A stretch of 64,000 bases of DNA from positions 287,537-351,536 of the forward strand of contig JANQPO010000017.1 in NCBI GenBank assembly GCA_028289445.1, written 5' to 3'. The position numbers and the translations under genes were made by a program. Of this stretch, positions 62,723 through 64,000 are shown in pieces (position 1 is the first letter of the stretch; every line of letters starts with the position of its first letter). The notes beneath the pieces were generated by a model. That model saw only the letters and a list, made by a program, of their open reading frames with translations. It did no database searches and had not been told where the DNA came from. This DNA is from Tepidamorphaceae bacterium (GTDB lineage Bacteria > Pseudomonadota > Alphaproteobacteria > Rhizobiales > JAKSCL01).

Positions 62723-63732
62723 GTCAACTCCGATCTAGGTTCGATCAGGTTGACGATAATGTCGACAACCAGGAAGACCACGACGGAAAACAGCGCCAAC
62801 GCCAAAACATATCCCTGAACCGCGGTGAAATCTCCGCGGACGATCGCGTTCAGCCCGTATTGGCCTAGGCCGCCCCAGGCAAAGACGTACTCGATCAGCG
62901 ACATCGTTCCCACGAGGCCGGTGATCTCGGTCCCGACGAATGTCACGACCGGTGTTGCACTGTTCTTGAGCACCAGTTGGCGCACGGTGCGTGGCGGCAA
63001 GCCGGAAGCGTGTGCGTATCGCACCGCATCGGAGGACAGCACCTCCAGCGCGATGGCGCGGGTTTGTTTGATGATCGGGGCTGCGGAAACGATAGCGAGG
63101 CAGGCGACAGGCAGCACAAGATGTGCCACTGCCGATTTCGCCGCCTTCCAGTCCGCCGCTAGCAGGCCGTCGATCAGATAGGAGCCGGTAACGAAATCGG
63201 GCGGCGAGACCATGAGGCTGATCCGCCCGATGCCGGGCGGTGCCCATCTTAAAAGATAGAAAAACACGAACAGCATCACCAGCCCGAGCCAGTAGGTCGG
63301 GATGGAGAAACCGAGGAGCGAGAGTATCCGACTTACCTGATCGAACCTTCCATTGGGCCGGAAGGCCGCCCGTAAGCCGATCGGCACGCCGATCAGCGTG
63401 CCGATTCCAATGCCCCAGAACAATAATTCAAGCGAGATGAAGGCTCGCTCTTTAAGGTCGGTCAGTACCGGTCGGTTCGACAACCAGCTTTCGCCCAGAT
63501 CGCCCCGGACGACATTGCCGGCATAGATGACGAATTGTCTCCAAAGCGGCTGATCGAGCCCCAACTCCTCGCGGATCATCTCGAATTCTTCGGCCGTCGC
63601 CGTTGGGCCTGCGAGGCGGCCCACCGGATCAAGCCCGCCGACGCGGATCAGCATAAAAGTTATGAAGACGACCCCGACAAGAAGCGGGATCGCCATCAGT
63701 AATCGACGCAACAGAAAGCGGCTGAACGTCAC
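62719..63732 (-). CDS. ABC transporter permease, DppB/OppB-like
   Basis: 337 aa. N-terminus MTFSRFLLRRLLMAIPLLVGVVFITFMLIR is classic DppB. Confidence 0.88.
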   Translation of the reverse strand: MTFSRFLLRRLLMAIPLLVGVVFITFMLIRVGGLDPVGRLAGPTATAEEFEMIREELGLDQPLWRQFVIYAGNVVRGDLGESWLSNRPVLTDLKERAFISLELLFWGIGIGTLIGVPIGLRAAFRPNGRFDQVSRILSLLGFSIPTYWLGLVMLFVFFYLLRWAPPGIGRISLMVSPPDFVTGSYLIDGLLAADWKAAKSAVAHLVLPVACLAIVSAAPIIKQTRAIALEVLSSDAVRYAHASGLPPRTVRQLVLKNSATPVVTFVGTEITGLVGTMSLIEYVFAWGGLGQYGLNAIVRGDFTAVQGYVLALALFSVVVFLVVDIIVNLIEPRSELT

Positions 63733-63771
63733 CGACTCAACCCTGTCTGCTCCATTGCATCGCGGTGAACA

Positions 63772-64000
63772 TCAGTTGCCCACCAACTCGCGCCAGCGTT
63801 CGTGCTCGTCGGGATAGTGAACCCAGCCGGAGACGTTCGGTGCCATGGCTTCGAACGTCGCGGGATAGGTTGTCAGCACCCAGGGCGCGTCCTCAATCCA
63901 AAGCCTTTGCGCTTCGTCCATCATCGCAAGCCGCTTGGTGGCATCGAGCTCTTCGCGCGACTTGTCGATCAACTCGTCCACCTTCGGGTTGGAGTAGGCG
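63772..64000 (-). CDS. family-5 ABC substrate-binding protein, C-terminal end only (5' part outside the window)
   Basis: The frame stays open to the window edge (...AYSNPKVDELIDKSREELDATKRLAMMDEAQRLWIEDAPWV...). This is a typical family-5 SBP C-terminus upstream of the permease genes. Confidence 0.8.
   Translation of the reverse strand, partial: AYSNPKVDELIDKSREELDATKRLAMMDEAQRLWIEDAPWVLTTYPATFEAMAPNVSGWVHYPDEHERWRELVGN

Noticed and set aside
1-64000. Scan for CRISPR repeats, tRNA or rRNA, IS elements, transposases, integrases, phage genes and known defence systems (RM, TA, Abi, CBASS-like and similar).
   Set aside because: No spaced repeat arrays, cloverleaf-like sequences or ORFs with nuclease, recombinase, methylase or NTPase-defence hallmarks were found. 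Every ORF longer than 130 aa that survives strand and overlap filtering is a transporter, a regulator or a metabolic enzyme. The only candidate relic is the 35.46-36.19 kb spacer, which is reported as a finding.

Overview
GC-rich, very gene-dense window with about 60 CDS, most joined by ATGA/GTGA start-stop overlaps. It is almost entirely solute transport and small-molecule catabolism. The transporter mix (AapJQMP-like, DctPQM TRAP, TAXI-TRAP, two Dpp/Opp-type ABC systems) and the strong G/C third-position bias suggest a Rhizobiales-type alphaproteobacterial chromid or megaplasmid; that placement is inference only. I found no rRNA, tRNA, CRISPR array, transposase, integrase, phage or recognisable defence genes. 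The only hint of foreign DNA is a roughly 0.7 kb lower-GC non-coding spacer at 35.46-36.19 kb that carries gene remnants.

Layout:
- 1-8.2 kb: aldo/keto reductase, a Dpp-type ABC importer, a GntR regulator and an SDR.
- 8.2-17.0 kb: minus-strand operon FAD amine oxidoreductase - HyuA - HyuB - SDR - PrpE-like CoA ligase - RidA - orphan AapP-like ATPase.
- 17.1-26.0 kb: rhodanese, IclR, BisC-type S/N-oxide reductase, C-S beta-lyase, VOC protein and aapJQM without an ATPase.
- 26.2-30.5 kb: CoA ligase, crotonase, split MaoC hotdog pair and a Tat-exported plant-type esterase.
- 30.5-35.5 kb: MBL hydrolase, TAXI-TRAP transporter and LysR.
- 36.2-40.5 kb: one-cysteine maleate-isomerase/AMDase-like protein, SnoaL-like protein, SDR and a CMD-GMC pair.
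- 40.6-43.4 kb: DctPQM.
- 43.6-54.5 kb: an 11-gene coupled operon.
- 54.5-64.0 kb: an operon of at least 10 genes combining a Dpp-type importer, redox enzymes and a DMT transporter.

The best candidate for an undescribed system is the 43.6-54.5 kb operon. It combines an aconitase-type hydratase, a KRCGH lyase, an ATP-dependent HyuBA ring-opening enzyme, a Cys-less isochorismatase-fold protein, a class II aldolase-fold protein, an AtzG/AtzE-like amidase pair and an alpha/beta-fold protein without the canonical Ser/His. It is fed by a divergent TRAP importer.

All functional calls are family-level. They come from motifs read by eye in the supplied translations, and no database search was run.
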